Below the pieces are notes generated by a model. That model saw nothing but the letters and a program-made list of their open reading frames with translations. It was not told the origin of the DNA and did not search any database. Positions 12,741-25,261 of a DNA stretch of 64,000 bases are shown piece after piece. Origin of the DNA: Heteronotia binoei (taxonomy: Eukaryota); NCBI RefSeq assembly GCF_032191835.1, contig NC_083229.1, positions 102,734,001 through 102,798,000 of the forward strand, in the 5' to 3' direction. How positions within the stretch are numbered: the stretch's first letter is position 1; each line of letters begins with the position of its first letter. The translations under genes were made by a program, and so were the position numbers.

Positions 12741-13630
12741 CAGCTCATTGGACCGTCCCGGTTTAGGGCATTTCCGGAACGTTCAAGAGCCCGAGAGGAA
12801 GGCGAGATGTTCGTTGGTAGTCCACACAAAAAAGTTAGACTCAGGACTGGTCCGTTAAATAAAAAGGGAAGGGGTGACGAAACGGCCGCATAGCTGTTGA
12901 GGGGCGTCTTTCTGCGTCCAAAATGCATGGAGTTCAAAGTAGCGCTACGAAGAAGTCAATTAGCCCCTAGACATTGTGTAGACGTCTCTCACCCCGGATT
13001 ATTCGTGACATTTCTTCTTGCTATAATAACTTCTCTTTTCACAGCGTAGTCCGATCTACACGGAACCAGAGCGCGTAATCGGGTCTGATCTGTCGCCCTT
13101 CCTTTCCTTCCCATCGAGAACAGCGATGGGAACAGTATTGGTGCCAGGTCTCATGGTCCTTTCTGTTTCTATGTTTGTATTTTATTTTATTTTTGTAGCA
13201 TCCGGGTTAGCTAAGTTCTCGCGAACTCAAAAGTTGACACAATTATGTTTCACTTGATGCAATAATATAGGTAACACGGATTTCGTTGTTGTTTTGGATT
13301 CGTTCAAAATAGCCTCTGAATGAAAGGGGGGCATGGAAGTAACAGAGCTTGATAGCTGTTCAAGAATGGGGTTAAACAAAATTGGAAGGGTGGGCAGTCC
13401 TGTGCTTCTACTGTGATCCATTGTATCTGAGTCACTGTCAATAACTTCTACTGTGATCCGTTGTAACTGAGTTTGTCAATACAGGTTGCCCCGGGGAAAG
13501 TTGGGTCAGCACCGCCCCCGCCGCCAAATCCGTGTGTGTGCGCGCGTGCTTGAGCACCTCATAGGGAGCCTCCTTCCTGCAGGCGAGTTGGGGCCCGTTA
13601 AACCAGGGGATACCCCGCCCCTGGCAGGAA
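12620..13630. promoter_or_regulatory. CpG island; promoter of TXNL4A, probably shared head-to-head with dehydrogenase gene A
   Basis: Marked CpG enrichment over a CpG-poor background; ETS-type GGAAGT/CCGGAA motifs; no other CpG island precedes gene A. Confidence 0.75.
13405..13481. repeat. Two-copy ~39-bp imperfect tandem duplication
   Basis: CTTCTACTGTGATCCATTGTATCTGAGTCACTGTCAATA / CTTCTACTGTGATCCGTTGTAACTGAGTTTGTCAATA. Confidence 0.85.
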
Positions 13631-14309
13631 CTTGGCAGCCCTAGCACCTCAGCACTCCCAAAGTTTATACCTAAATATGACAGATCCTGAACCATTGTCA
13701 AGTTAAAATATAACAAGCTCTTGATCATTCTTTTATTCTGAATAAATGATATCACAAAGGAAATAGTGTGTCTTTCATTGCCGTACTTTGGTATAAAGCG
13801 GGAGGGGGAACCTTATCTTGTTGAATACAGAATTTGGAAAGCATTGTCCTTCTATACAGAAAAACAAGGCGATGAGCACTTCAGCCCACCAATCTCTCCA
13901 AATAAAGATAGTCCTTATTCCAAGGGGTGATGAGATCAGCAGAGGAGCTATTTACTGTTGCACCAACCCAGCAACAGTAGCTGAGAAAAGAGTAAAAATC
14001 TTTTTAATGGGATGTGTGGACTTATTGTTTGTCCCTCACTTATCAGAGTATTATTTATTTAAAACATTTCTATTCTGTCTTCACCCAAATAGTGTCCCCA
14101 AGGCAGTGACCATGGAAACATTTCAACATCAAAGCAACATTTAAAATAAAGTACATACAAAATGATGAAACTGTCCAATAAAACATATAAACACACTCAT
14201 AAACACAACCATGGCCAAACAAAACAAAACAGGTGAAATGACAGTGATAGAAGGAAACAGACAAATCTTCCTGGGGAGCCAGTTCCAATTTTGGTGCCAC
14301 AACCAAGAA

Positions 14310-14535
14310 GGCCCTTTCTCAGGTTGCCTCACATCTAGCCTCAGGTGAGTAGGGTACCTGAAGCAGAGCCTCAGAAAATGAGTGGACAGGTGGGTTCATA
14401 TGGATGTAGGCAGTCCTTCAGGTATGCTGTTGGAAGCTATACAGGGCTTTAAAGGTCAATACCAGCACTTTGAAATGACTTGGAAGCAAACTGGGAGCCA
14501 GTGTAGATGGGAAAAGAATGGAGTGTTATAGTCCC
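14310..14535 (-). mobile_element. L2-clade LINE ORF2 C-terminal fragment
   Basis: Reverse strand reads LHWLPVCF..FKVLVLTFKAL..LKDCLHPYEP with indels. Confidence 0.7.
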
Positions 14536-14934
14536 TGACTGTTAGTTGCCCTGAGTCTGCTTGCGGAGAGGGCAGGATAGAAATTTAAGGTAATAATAAA
14601 TATGACCATGTGGAAATGTAATAGCAACAGTGCAATAGAAGAAAGTTCCACTTCTTAGGAATATGGAGTCTCTGCTAGCACATATATATGACTGTGTTCC
14701 TTACTAATCTGCATAGCCCCCAGCAGGTCACCTTTAATTATTCTTATATGTTTGTTTTTAGAAAATGTATACATTATCTGTCCAGACACCTGTTTGAGGT
14801 AGCTCATAAAATAAAAGCAATAAAATAAAAAATAGCACAACAATTATCAATAATGAACAAGACAGGGCATAAAAGTGGCACAAAACAGTCAACAGCCTAA
14901 AATGGTATTCATACAGCAGTCCTCAGGCTAGACA

Positions 14935-15162
14935 GGAATCAGTGTAGCATAGTGGTTCCTGTGCCAGACTAAGATCTGGAAGACACGGGTTAAAAGCCCT
15001 GCTCTACCATGGAAGTTCACTGAGTGACCTGAGTCCAATCACACTCCCTCGGCCTAACCTACCTCACTTGTTATGAGGATTAAACAAAAGATAGGAGATC
15101 AATGTAAACTGGTTTGGGCCCCTGCTGGGGAGGAAGTCAGGGTATAAGTCAAGTAAATAAAT
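14935..15162 (+). mobile_element. MIR-like/L2-tailed tRNA-derived SINE
   Basis: Decayed A/B boxes, GGCCTAACCTACCTCAC..TTATGAGGATTAAA tail, TAAATAAAT end. Confidence 0.7.
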
Positions 15163-15424
15163 GTTTTGGCTTGGTGCTTAAAGGGCAGCAAGGTAGATGC
15201 TAAGTGAGCCTCAAGGAGGAGAGCATTCCAAAGGGGATGTCAGCACTGCAAATGCCTATGTTGCCATCCACCACATCTTTGTAAGCAAGAGCACAGAGAG
15301 CAGGGATACTGCAAAGGAGCTTAACTAGTGGCCTGGGCAGTACAGAAAGAGACAGTTCTTCAAGTACTCCAACTCTTAGTTGTTTGAGGTCTTAATAGTA
15401 ACAACAGTGTTAGCCATAGTGTGG

Positions 15425-15720
15425 TTATTTTTATTTATTTATTTACTTTCGATTTATATCCCGCCCATTCCAAATGGACTCAGGGCAGCTAACAATCATA
15501 ATAAAACCAACATCTCAATTTCAGGTATAAAATGATAAGACATAAACAATTTACAATTTAAAACAAAATATTGGTGCGATACAGAATCTTAAAGCATAGG
15601 AGGCTCAGATTGTATTAGACCTTCTATTTATCTGTTGGTGGTCTTCCGGTGGAATTGCTCAGCAGTATAAAAGCTGCAGTCTTCTCCCCTAGTTGCTATA
15701 GGCCTGTTTAACTGTTTTAG
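15425..15720 (-). mobile_element. L2-type LINE 3' end fragment
   Basis: TTTATTT...GATTTATATCCCGCCC...CTCAGGGCAGCTAACA is the reverse of the 3' end seen at 25900-25955. Confidence 0.55.
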
Positions 15721-16843
15721 TGAGAACTGCTTAGAACAACTCTACCTTGGTGTAAAAAAAATAAACTCTCTCTCTCTCTCTGTAATGTTATCTAATAGGC
15801 TAAAGAACATACAATCCTGAACACGTCCTTTCAGAAGTAAATCCCAATTTTTTTCAACTAGTCTTAATCCCAGAAAAGTGTTTTTAGGACTACTGCCTGT
15901 TTTACAGAACCTAAACTTTCTCTAGAAAACACAAATCAGAATCAACAGGAAATGACAGTACTACATTCATCCTGTACGTGATTAACTAGAATTAATAGTT
16001 CCTAAGAAAAGGGTATTTAACGGGACCAAAGCAAGCCTCACTGGAGAACACTCAATATTAATTGATCTCAAGACTAGCGTGTGCACTGCTGTCTTGTCTC
16101 ATTACAAAGAGGGTGGCATTCTCTGCACCTGTGGATGTAAGCATGAATGAAGCAGGTCTGATGTTGAAGATCATGCCTGCTTGAAGCAAAGCTGTCTTCA
16201 AGTGTGTATTTTGGTTTAAACATAAAATGTTATATGCAAGATGCTTAACTCCGACTCCTGAGTCTATCCCTTGTTTAAATATTGTATGTAAAAAGCTATA
16301 ATTCCAGCACTTGATCTCTGCAAAATAATGTGTATGCATGCTGTCTGTAAAACAAAGAATGTGCAGTAGCTGAGAATATAATTGTTGCTTTTAGCTGTAC
16401 CAAAAATAGCATGTGGCTTTAAAGTGGAGTTCTATATTGGTATTCAAATAATCCCATACATGCATCAAAAGCTGTGACTGGATATTGAGTATCCTGCTTA
16501 ACAGAATTTAGATTGATTAACAGATTTAAATTTATTCTTCTGAAGAGTGCAGGGAGGTTACATCATTTTAGACATCACTCTTCATAAATGTGAAATCAAT
16601 GGCTGACATCTATCCCTGAAGCATTGTTCATGTCGGATGCTAATGCTGTCTTCAAACAAGAGCACAATCAAAGGGGTTTGCTGCTTGGGTTTCCTAGATT
16701 AGGACCACAGTTTCTGATTTTTATTGTAAACAGGTTGCTGACCACTGCTGACCAATCATAATCTCAGAATTCTCATATCAAGTTAAAAGCTGAAACATTC
16801 ATGATACAATTTAAAAAGTGTTTGGGCAGAAGCAGCAAGGAGA

Positions 16844-17045
16844 TAAGGTTGGTAACCTCCATGTGGAGCCTGGAGATTTCCCAGTGTTACAGCTGATTTC
16901 AGAGTGACAGAGATCGCTTTCCCTGGAGCCAGTGGTCGCTTTGGAGGGTAGAACCTACGGCATTAGTTCTGGATGAAGTCCTTCCCTTCCCTTGGCTCCA
17001 GCCCCACATCTCCAGGAATTTCCCATCCTGGAACAGACAACTCTA
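16844..17045. mobile_element. AGGGTTGCCA-family MITE-like repeat, degenerate
   Basis: Homologous to 12293-12503. Confidence 0.7.
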
Positions 17046-17353
17046 GAGTGAAGGAAAGGAAGGCAGATCTTTTAAAAATTCCAAACATAATGCTTGTTTA
17101 CAGAACTGCAGCATTAGTACTACAGATTGTGAGTAAAGGCTATGAGCAAATAAAGTTTATATAGAAGGCATTCACATGATTTTATTATCAGCGAATGCTG
17201 ATGCTAATTTCAGGTAGAGGTACACAATGCAGTTAATTCTGTCAGATTTATTTTCATTTTCCAGAGGGCTAGGCTTTAGCAAAAACACAGGGATGCTGGT
17301 ATTTTCCATTGAACAAATGGGCATCAGTCACTCAGCCTAAGTTGATCACTTAA

Positions 17354-17578
17354 GGGAGGGACAGTGGCTCATTGGTAGAACATCTGCTTGGTAAGCAGAA
17401 GGTCCCAGGTTCAATCCCCAGCATCTCCAACTAAAAAAGGTCCAAGCAAGTAGGTGTGAAAAACCTCACTTTGAAACCCTGGAGAACCGATGCCAGTCTG
17501 AATAGATAATACTGACTTTGATGGACCGAGGATCTGATTCAGTATAAGGCAGCTTCATATGTTCATATATGTTCATAT
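17354..17578 (+). mobile_element. tRNA-derived SINE with CR1-like 3' tail (Squam3-like)
   Basis: A box TGGCTCATTGGTAG, B box GGTTCAATCC, tail CTGATTCAGTATAAGGCAGCTTCATATGTTCATATATGTTCATA; homologs at 52664 and 54468. Confidence 0.85.
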
Positions 17579-18256
17579 AATAAAGCTTACATTCTGTCTG
17601 GTCTCAGTGGAATAAGCATATACCTACTGCTGTCCCAATGAACTAAACTGAACTTCAGTATACTTTGATTTTAATTTAATTCCTGGCAAGCAAAAAGGTT
17701 TAAAAAGTAACCAGATAAGCCAATGTTCAAAGTTCAGCACTAACCTTACAATTTTCTTATGAGGGATCATTGTTCAATGGATTGTCTACACATTTGGTGA
17801 TCTGCTGTTAATTTTCCATGCTTCTTGAAATTTAGAATCTAGATGATCAGCAGGAATGATAAGGATCTCAACTTCAAAGTGCTGTTCTACAACTCAAGGA
17901 GAAGCTTTGCATTTTAAAAGGCCCCTTTGGAGAAGAGGCATTGGATGCAACTAGCTGTTTCACTGCTGTAATGAGGGAAGGGTCCCAGACCACTCAAAAG
18001 CTATACTGTAGATTGCAGAGTCTGCACAGACAAAAGCCATGGGGAATGAGGGCTGGAGTAAGGAGGCAAATTGAGTGTGACTGAATGAAAAAGCTGGGTG
18101 GCCCCAACCCTCCATCTTCTTAATAAGTATTTTATATATTTGTTGGGAAGGCAGAGTGTTGCTGGTCACAATGAAGGGGGGGGTGATATTTACCGAGAAG
18201 TTCTTTAATGCTTTTAGACTGTTGTTGAACAAAAGAGCTGTCTTTTGTTGCAGATC

Positions 18257-18638
18257 ATGGAAGAGCCAGAGCTGCCTGTGCTGCTAGTAAACGAAGTGGG
18301 AGGAATGATTGGAGTCTTAGAGGCACATCTGCCATTTCTGAAGAAACACTTTCGCCTTCTCACCATGAAGGAGTTTCTTGAAAACAAAGCCTATCTTGGT
18401 GTAACAGTTGAAGCAATTTATGTGTGGTGGCACAGACCAGTCATCGATCAAGAACTTTTGAAGAGCCTACCTCATTTAAAAGTGGTGGCAAGTTCAGGGG
18501 TAGGAGTGGACCATCTGGATCTGAAGCTGATCGCAGGATTTGGAGTCAGGGTGGCCAATACACCCCATGCTGTCTGCAGCAGCACCGCAGACACTGGGGT
18601 GGCACTGCTGCTGGCAGCTGCTAGAAGACTCATTGAAG
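18257..18638 (+). CDS. Dehydrogenase A coding exon 1 (acceptor at 18254)
   Basis: MEEPELP...SGVGVDHLD...NTPHAV...ARRLIEG; donor GAAG|GTAACA. Confidence 0.93.
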
Positions 18639-21600
18639 GTAACATTTCTTATGCTGTGCCTATTTCTTCAGTATTCCATTCCAATCCAATTACCGTTCCT
18701 TCAACGATTGTCATGAACAGGATAACACATTGTTTTTTCATATTGTATAAACTTTCACTTATTGCTCTCATTTGCAAAGAGTTAGTTTCACAATAGTAAT
18801 AGCTAATCGCTTGAGCCTAAGATTGTTTATAAAACACACCAATGTTTTATTTAATAGTTCTAAGCCAAAGATGTCCATATGGCAAAAAGGTTCAAATTCC
18901 TAAACATTTGCCAAGTTTTGAGAAACCTAGTGGGAGCCCCTTAGAGCTTATAGCCTTTTCCTTTGTGTGTTCACATAAGTTCCGCTATAGTCTGTGGAGC
19001 TTACCCCAATAAGTGCACTTAGACTTTCAGGATGACATCATGTGGATGCTTCTGAAAACAGTGCTGTTGTAAAGAAACCAAGGCAGAGCAAACTATTCAC
19101 ATGAAAGCACCTTTAGTTTCCTCTGAATGAGTCTTTGGAATACTGGTTTATTTACAAATATGAAAGTGGAGCACAATAGACCCAAATAGGCAACTGCAGC
19201 AACCACTAATACTGCTTCCTCCCTGCGCACACACACACACACAAAAAAGCAAATCTCTTGGGTCCTCCAGAATTCTTCCAGACTAGCGACTTATTTCTTT
19301 CCTCGTCTACCAGTGCCAGCAGTCTGAACTGTACATTTGGAGAGATAGCCAGACATCAAGAAATATTGATGTTTTTTATTAAGAGGTCAGGCACTCATTT
19401 GTCTATTGGAAAAGTCTGCTGCAATATGTTTATTATGCTCCTCAAGCTGGTAACACCATCCTCTTCTCAACAGGAGCTCTCATACCAAAAAGTCCCAGAC
19501 AGCCTCCATCCTATCCTAGAAAAAAGAGGATAACAAAGATGAAAACTATACATAATGAATGGTTAACTGTTTACATATTTACAAGGATATTTCTCCTTGA
19601 AACCTGTACCAAACGGAAGTAACTCCCCCCTTTGAACAGGATTAATTCCTGTCAAACAATTACAGACTGTTTGCCATTGTATCCCAAGTTCAAATGAGTG
19701 CTTCTTTAGAAGACAGTCTCTTCTTTGGCATCGTTTCCTGTTTCTCTTGAATGTATTAGCGTTTCCTAATCTTTATGGCCCCTTCCTACTCCCCATGAAG
19801 CCAATTTTCAAAGATGAATGGGTTTATCTTGATACTTTGTGTCATTGCTCAACACTCCACAAAGAGCTTGAGAGTGTCTGCATTTCCACCCCATGTTACA
19901 GATTTGGCTTTGGAGACCACCATTTGTTCTCTTCCACTGAATCCTTCATGAGGTACAGTTGCAAATGTAGAACTACATGGATGTGTGAGGAGGGAGGGGC
20001 ATGAATGAGTGAGGAGGGAGGGGAGAGGGAAATTGCTCCGATTATGGTGGAAACTCCGGGAGCAACCGTACTGCGGAATCAAACCACACGGAACAGATTG
20101 GGAATTGAATCCAGGAGAAATCCTCTAGTGCGGAATCAGGAAATCAGGCCTGCATGGAACAACCCTGGAGCAAAAGGAAGGCAAACGGCAAATGCGGAAT
20201 CACCCTAGATCTCAGACACAGCCAATTGTGCCATGTATTGAAGGCTGAGCTGTGAAAGAATTTTGCTGCTTGAACAGAAGGAGAAGATTTATACCCCACT
20301 CTTCTCTTTGAATAGAGTCTCAGAGCAGTTTACAATCTCCTTTATCTCCTTCCCCCACCCTGTGAGGTGGGTGGGGCTGAGAGAGCTTTCCCAGAAGCTA
20401 TTCTTTCAAGGACAACTCCTATGAGAGCTGTGGTTGACCCAAGGCCATTCCAGCAGGTGCAAGTGGAGGAATGGGAAATCATACCTGGTTCTCCCAGATA
20501 AGAGTCGGCACACTTAACCACTACACCAAACAGGAAGTAATATTCTAAGTAATTATTTCAGTTTAGCTGCTAATATGGGTTTTAAAGTTCCTGTCTTAAT
20601 AATAACACAATTGTAGCTACCCAGGTCTTCCTGGAGAATGGAAAGCCGTTCTACCCATTTGTACCTATTTCTTACATTGGGTACAAATTTTGAGAGAAGA
20701 GAAATATTCTTCTAAATATTGTAATTCTAATATATTTATCTGAAATGTACGGATTGCCTTGGAAACAAATCCCATTGATTTCCATGGATGAAAATCCAAG
20801 GAAAGATATTAAAGATTGAAACACTGCAGACATAAACATACATTGCAATCCCTTTTATTACAACCTTGTCTTTCTATAACTGTCTCTCTCCCCCCACCCC
20901 CCACTTTATTTCTTTGCCACATAGGTTGCCAGGTGGCTACTTCCCCAGACACTGAGTATTTCCCTTGTAACATGTTAGGAGACGAAGTCACTGGGGCTAC
21001 TCTGGGTATCATTGGAATGGGCAGCATTGGCTACAAAATTGCTCTGAGGGCCAGAGCATTTGAAATGAACATTCTTTATCACAACAGGAACAGAAGGTAA
21101 AGATACTTGTTGACCCATACAAAGTGCTTTTTTCTAATCCCCTCACTTCTGTTCCTTTTGGAAAAGGAATGTGTGTGTAACTAAATGGACTGATTTCAGG
21201 CATTAACAAACCCAACTGCTGTTTTTCAGGTGATGTGATCTCTTTGTTAAATATACTGAAGGGAGCCTAGATGATTGTACTTGATGGTGATGTTAGCTAA
21301 CCATATTAAAAAAGTGGATCCCAAAAGATTATTAGGGCCTGGCACACAACCATATTGTTATTCTTGAGCAGGGATCTCTGGGAAAGGGAGTGCATGTTAC
21401 AGTTTAGCAAGTGGCTGAGGAGCTTTCCCAGCATTTCAACTAATCCTCTTTTCATTATATGATGACGTCATGGCAACCTTCCAGGCAGGAGAGTTGGTTG
21501 GACCAGGAGACATCTCAGTTTTTAAGACCCATCTCCTTCTGAATTAGCAATTCCCAACTTTACTTTTGTTGTGATTAACTCCATTCTCACTGTAGTATTC

Positions 21601-24600
21601 TAAACAATATTTATGCCAGGACAGAAGTAAATGTTACAAAAAACACACACCTGATGCAGAAAATGATAAACGTATATGGTTTACTCTTCTGAAACGTCTA
21701 GCAGAACATAGTGAAAATCTTGGTGTCACGCTGTTTCTCTACCATGGGTCAGTACACAGAGGGACTTGAAGCCATATGACAGATGTGAACTCACAGCTGC
21801 TGTACAGCTACAAATCCCTGTGGTGATCAAATGCTAGATGTAACCACACGTTTGGACCAAAGTTGATGGCCAGAGAGTGGAAGGAAAAGGCATTTTCGTG
21901 TAGTTTCCATTTTCAGCACCTGCACTTTTAAAATACTATTGGAACATTCTGTTAATTTGGATAGTATTGCTTTATCTAAGCGACTGGATTTTTTGTTTTG
22001 TGCTATTTATAAAGAAATAAAAGTGTGTTCCAATTGTAGGCTACCTTAATTTAGAATGATTTTTGAATTGCACTGCAAACAAGATTAAAATCACCCATGA
22101 ATAAGACTATATCCATTTCCCTGTGACAGATATCTGTTGAATCAGGATACAAAACTGTTGCCCAGGATTAGGTCATATTGCCTCTGATGCAATGTGTGGG
22201 GGAACAGCAGCACACAAGGACTCAAATCACACAAGGAAGGGGGGATAGTTAAAGGATTGTTTGCTAAACTGTTTGCTGAACTGAAGAAGAAAAAAAATTG
22301 TAAAGGGAGGATGAAAGCTAAGCACTATCTTAGTCATTTAAAAAAATGGTAGAAATTTGCCTAGGTGGATGACCTTTGGCACCAGATCTAACTCTCTATT
22401 CTTCCTCAGATATAGAAAGATGTTATAGATAGGCAGGGGTCATTTCATAGAAAAAGAGCTGCCAGAGTTACACTTGCACTGCATGTCTCTCTACTTTGGA
22501 TTTTTCAGAACAGAAATTTCTAAAAGATGACCTAGTCAATCAATCAAACAGCAACCTACAATTCACTATCCAGGTATAAGAGGACACTTGTTAAAGTGTC
22601 TTGTTTGAACAGGTTCTCAGATAATGATCACAACAGCTGGGATCATATGAAGTAGCCAGCTGTAACAAAAATCTAGTTTTCCTATAAGTAAGTACTTGTC
22701 AAAGAGGACATAATGGCTATTTTCTGCCAGGAAAGAAGATGAAGAACTGGCTGTGAGTGCCTGCTATTGTGGAAAGATAAAAGATTTGCTCCAGCAGTCT
22801 GACTTTGTGATGCTTGCTGTCAATTTAACCCCTCAGACATACAAACTGATTGGGAAAAGGGAGCTGGAATTAATGAAACCAACAGCTACTCTCATAAATA
22901 TCTCTAGAGGTATGCAATGAAATAGCTGCTTTAAAAATATGCTTGAAGCACAGATTACTCCATAGGTTTCATACAAGCTGATCAATGTAATATGAATTGA
23001 AAACCAGTAACATTAATACGTACATTTATATTATCCTGTTGTTACAGGGATGCTTAGATTTAAAATTACTGGAGAAACTCTTAATATCTGATGAACTAGC
23101 AGGATTATCTTTTACAACAGATTAAATATTACTTCCAGAGTGTCATTGAGAATAGACACAGATACTATTAACCAATCGTTATAGACCAGATTTCATTGCA
23201 ATATCTAATTAAGCAAGCATTGTTTGAAAGCAAGTTTCTGTGCTGAGAAGCCCAAAAGTTATAGGATGAACTGATGAAAATACAACCCCCAGTTCAGATG
23301 GGTTAAAGGACAGGATGAAATTGAGAAGTTGATAGAGGGCTTACTCTAGGATGGTGGTCATACAAAATAATAATGCAACATAAGGCTATTTGTAATTGTA
23401 ACCATGCCTGTGTTCAAGGGAGGTTAATTTTCTAGTATTTGTTGATGATGACAGAGTCTGGCAAACTGAATTCATTTGTTGGGCATCACATCAGGATTAT
23501 TTTAATGCACTGTGCATTTAACAGCTAAGGGACCAAATATATAAGATGTGATGATTTTAGGAGAGTTCTCCAGAGAGTCCTTGGACAGTCTTCATTGTAC
23601 AAGCTGCAATGATTGTGGGAAGAAAAGCACTGCAGGCATCATAGGATATAATGATTCCGATAGTTTATATATGCCTTAAGCAGCATCCACACTAGCTCTA
23701 CATTGGCTATTATATTAAATGTATACTAATTTGTATTAAATGTCTTTTTACTTGGTGACTGCTGCACAGGGTCAGTTGTAGACCAAGATGCACTCGTGGA
23801 AGCTCTTCAGACTGATGTTATTAAGGGTGCGGCTTTGGATGTCACTTATCCTGAACCACTGCCCAGGTAAACGTCTGTTTTTCAGAGGGTTAAATATTTA
23901 AATGTCAACTAGCACTGTGTAAAAATGCAGAAGAGCATAAGAGATAAAAGCAGAGCCTGGCACCCCAGCCTTCTATCATAGCTTGCAAAAGGAAACAACA
24001 TGCTTCTATTCCAGACCAAAACCCAAAGGGAATAAATACTGTGTAGTGCTGTTAAATGAAGGTTAAGTCTGCAAGGTTCAATCTTATCAATCTGCAGAGC
24101 AATCCTGTGGTTCTAGTATGCAACAGCTTCACCACAGCTAAGCTTGTGTAATATAGCCTCCGTCCTACCAGTTCTCAGAAACAAAGAGATGATGCCAACG
24201 GCTACTCCCACAGCACCCATGGCAACTCTGCTGACACCCATTAATTACAGCGTATTGCACTGACAATGTGTACACACAATTTATCTGCTTCAAAAAACAA
24301 CAACAGTGCACAACCAGGGAGAAATCTGAGTGCCGTGGTTGGGAAGACAACAGCAGCAGACAGCTACAGGCATGACTTTACAATTTCCTTAGCCAGGATT
24401 CGAATCTGTTGTCTGGTTACACAGCAGCAGTCTGCTTGATGCCCTGCAGCCTGTTTGATCAAGGAACATTTTGCTAGCTACTTGGAGTCCATGGGGAGCA
24501 GCCTTTCCCCTCCCTGTCTCAGTGTTTTAGCATACCAGCGGCTGTGTTATGTGACATCACAGAAGAACAGCACCTGGTTTCAAACTGACAGCCAGGGCCA

Positions 24601-25161
24601 GAGAAGAAAGGACGAATGCCATTTCATACTTGACAGGCAGCCACTCACCTATCCTGGTGTATGGGATGAATTCATGGAGTACTCCTTCCCCCCTCCCACT
24701 TTAATTGGCTAGTGGGAGCCAATTTGAATTAACTAAACTGAAATGTCAAGGGTGCACTTGTTGCTCTTTAATTGCCATTTTGGCTGCGGTATGTTGCTGT
24801 AAGAGGGAATGAAACTGATAATCATAAATATATTTACCGTAATTCTCAGCGTGGGCAAATCTGTGGACACTTAAAGCCAAGGACTGGGGCTTCTTTTGTA
24901 TGGTAGAGAGCCCTACCTACTTCTTTTGAACTGAATGCTGTATTTGTTAGGATGAATTGACCTATCTGTCTTAACCACTTGTCTTTTTACTCTCTTCTTT
25001 TCAGAGATCACCCATTATTAAAATTAAGGAATGTTATTTTAACCCCTCATCTTGGTTCCAGAACACACAAAACCACTCATATGATGACTGAGGAAGTGGT
25101 AGAAAATATACTGGCTGCTCTCCATGGACTCCCAATGACTAGTGAAGTATTTCCTGACTAA
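18257..25161 (+). CDS. D-isomer-specific 2-hydroxyacid dehydrogenase, glyoxylate/hydroxypyruvate reductase (GhrB/2-ketogluconate reductase)-like, copy A, 328 aa; exons 18257-18638, 20925-21096, 22731-22909, 23770-23866, 25005-25161
   Basis: All GT/AG sites; 987 nt in continuous frame; motifs SGVGVD, NTP, GIIGMGSIG, YHNR, INISRG, LDVTYPEP, TPHLGS. Confidence 0.93.
20277..20531 (-). mobile_element. tRNA-derived SINE (MIR-like/L2-tailed relative)
   Basis: Reverse strand begins GTTTGGTGTAGTGGTTAAGTGTGCCGACTCTTATCTGGGAGAACCAGG and ends GGGGTATAAAATCTTCTCCTTC. Confidence 0.75.
20925..21096 (+). CDS. Dehydrogenase A coding exon 2 (172 nt)
   Basis: GCQVATSP...GATLGIIGMGSIGYKIA...YHNRNR. Confidence 0.94.
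22731..22909 (+). CDS. Dehydrogenase A coding exon 3 (179 nt)
   Basis: KEDEE...LLQQSDFVMLAVNLTPQT...MKPTATLINISRG. Confidence 0.94.
23770..23866 (+). CDS. Dehydrogenase A coding exon 4 (97 nt)
   Basis: SVVDQDALVEALQTDVIKGAALDVTYPEPLPR. Confidence 0.94.
25005..25161 (+). CDS. Dehydrogenase A coding exon 5
   Basis: DHPLLKLRNVILTPHLGSRT...EVFPD*. Confidence 0.94.
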
Positions 25162-25261
25162 GCATGTGTAAGGGCATTCAATATAACAATAAGTAATCAT
25201 CCTCTCCCATTGAATTAAGCTGTTGTCAGAGTTGTAGAGTCACTTTGAATATTGATTGGCC

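Noticed and set aside
17354-17430. tRNA gene
   Set aside because: Has A/B boxes but no closed cloverleaf, and continues into a SINE body with a CR1-like tail that recurs elsewhere
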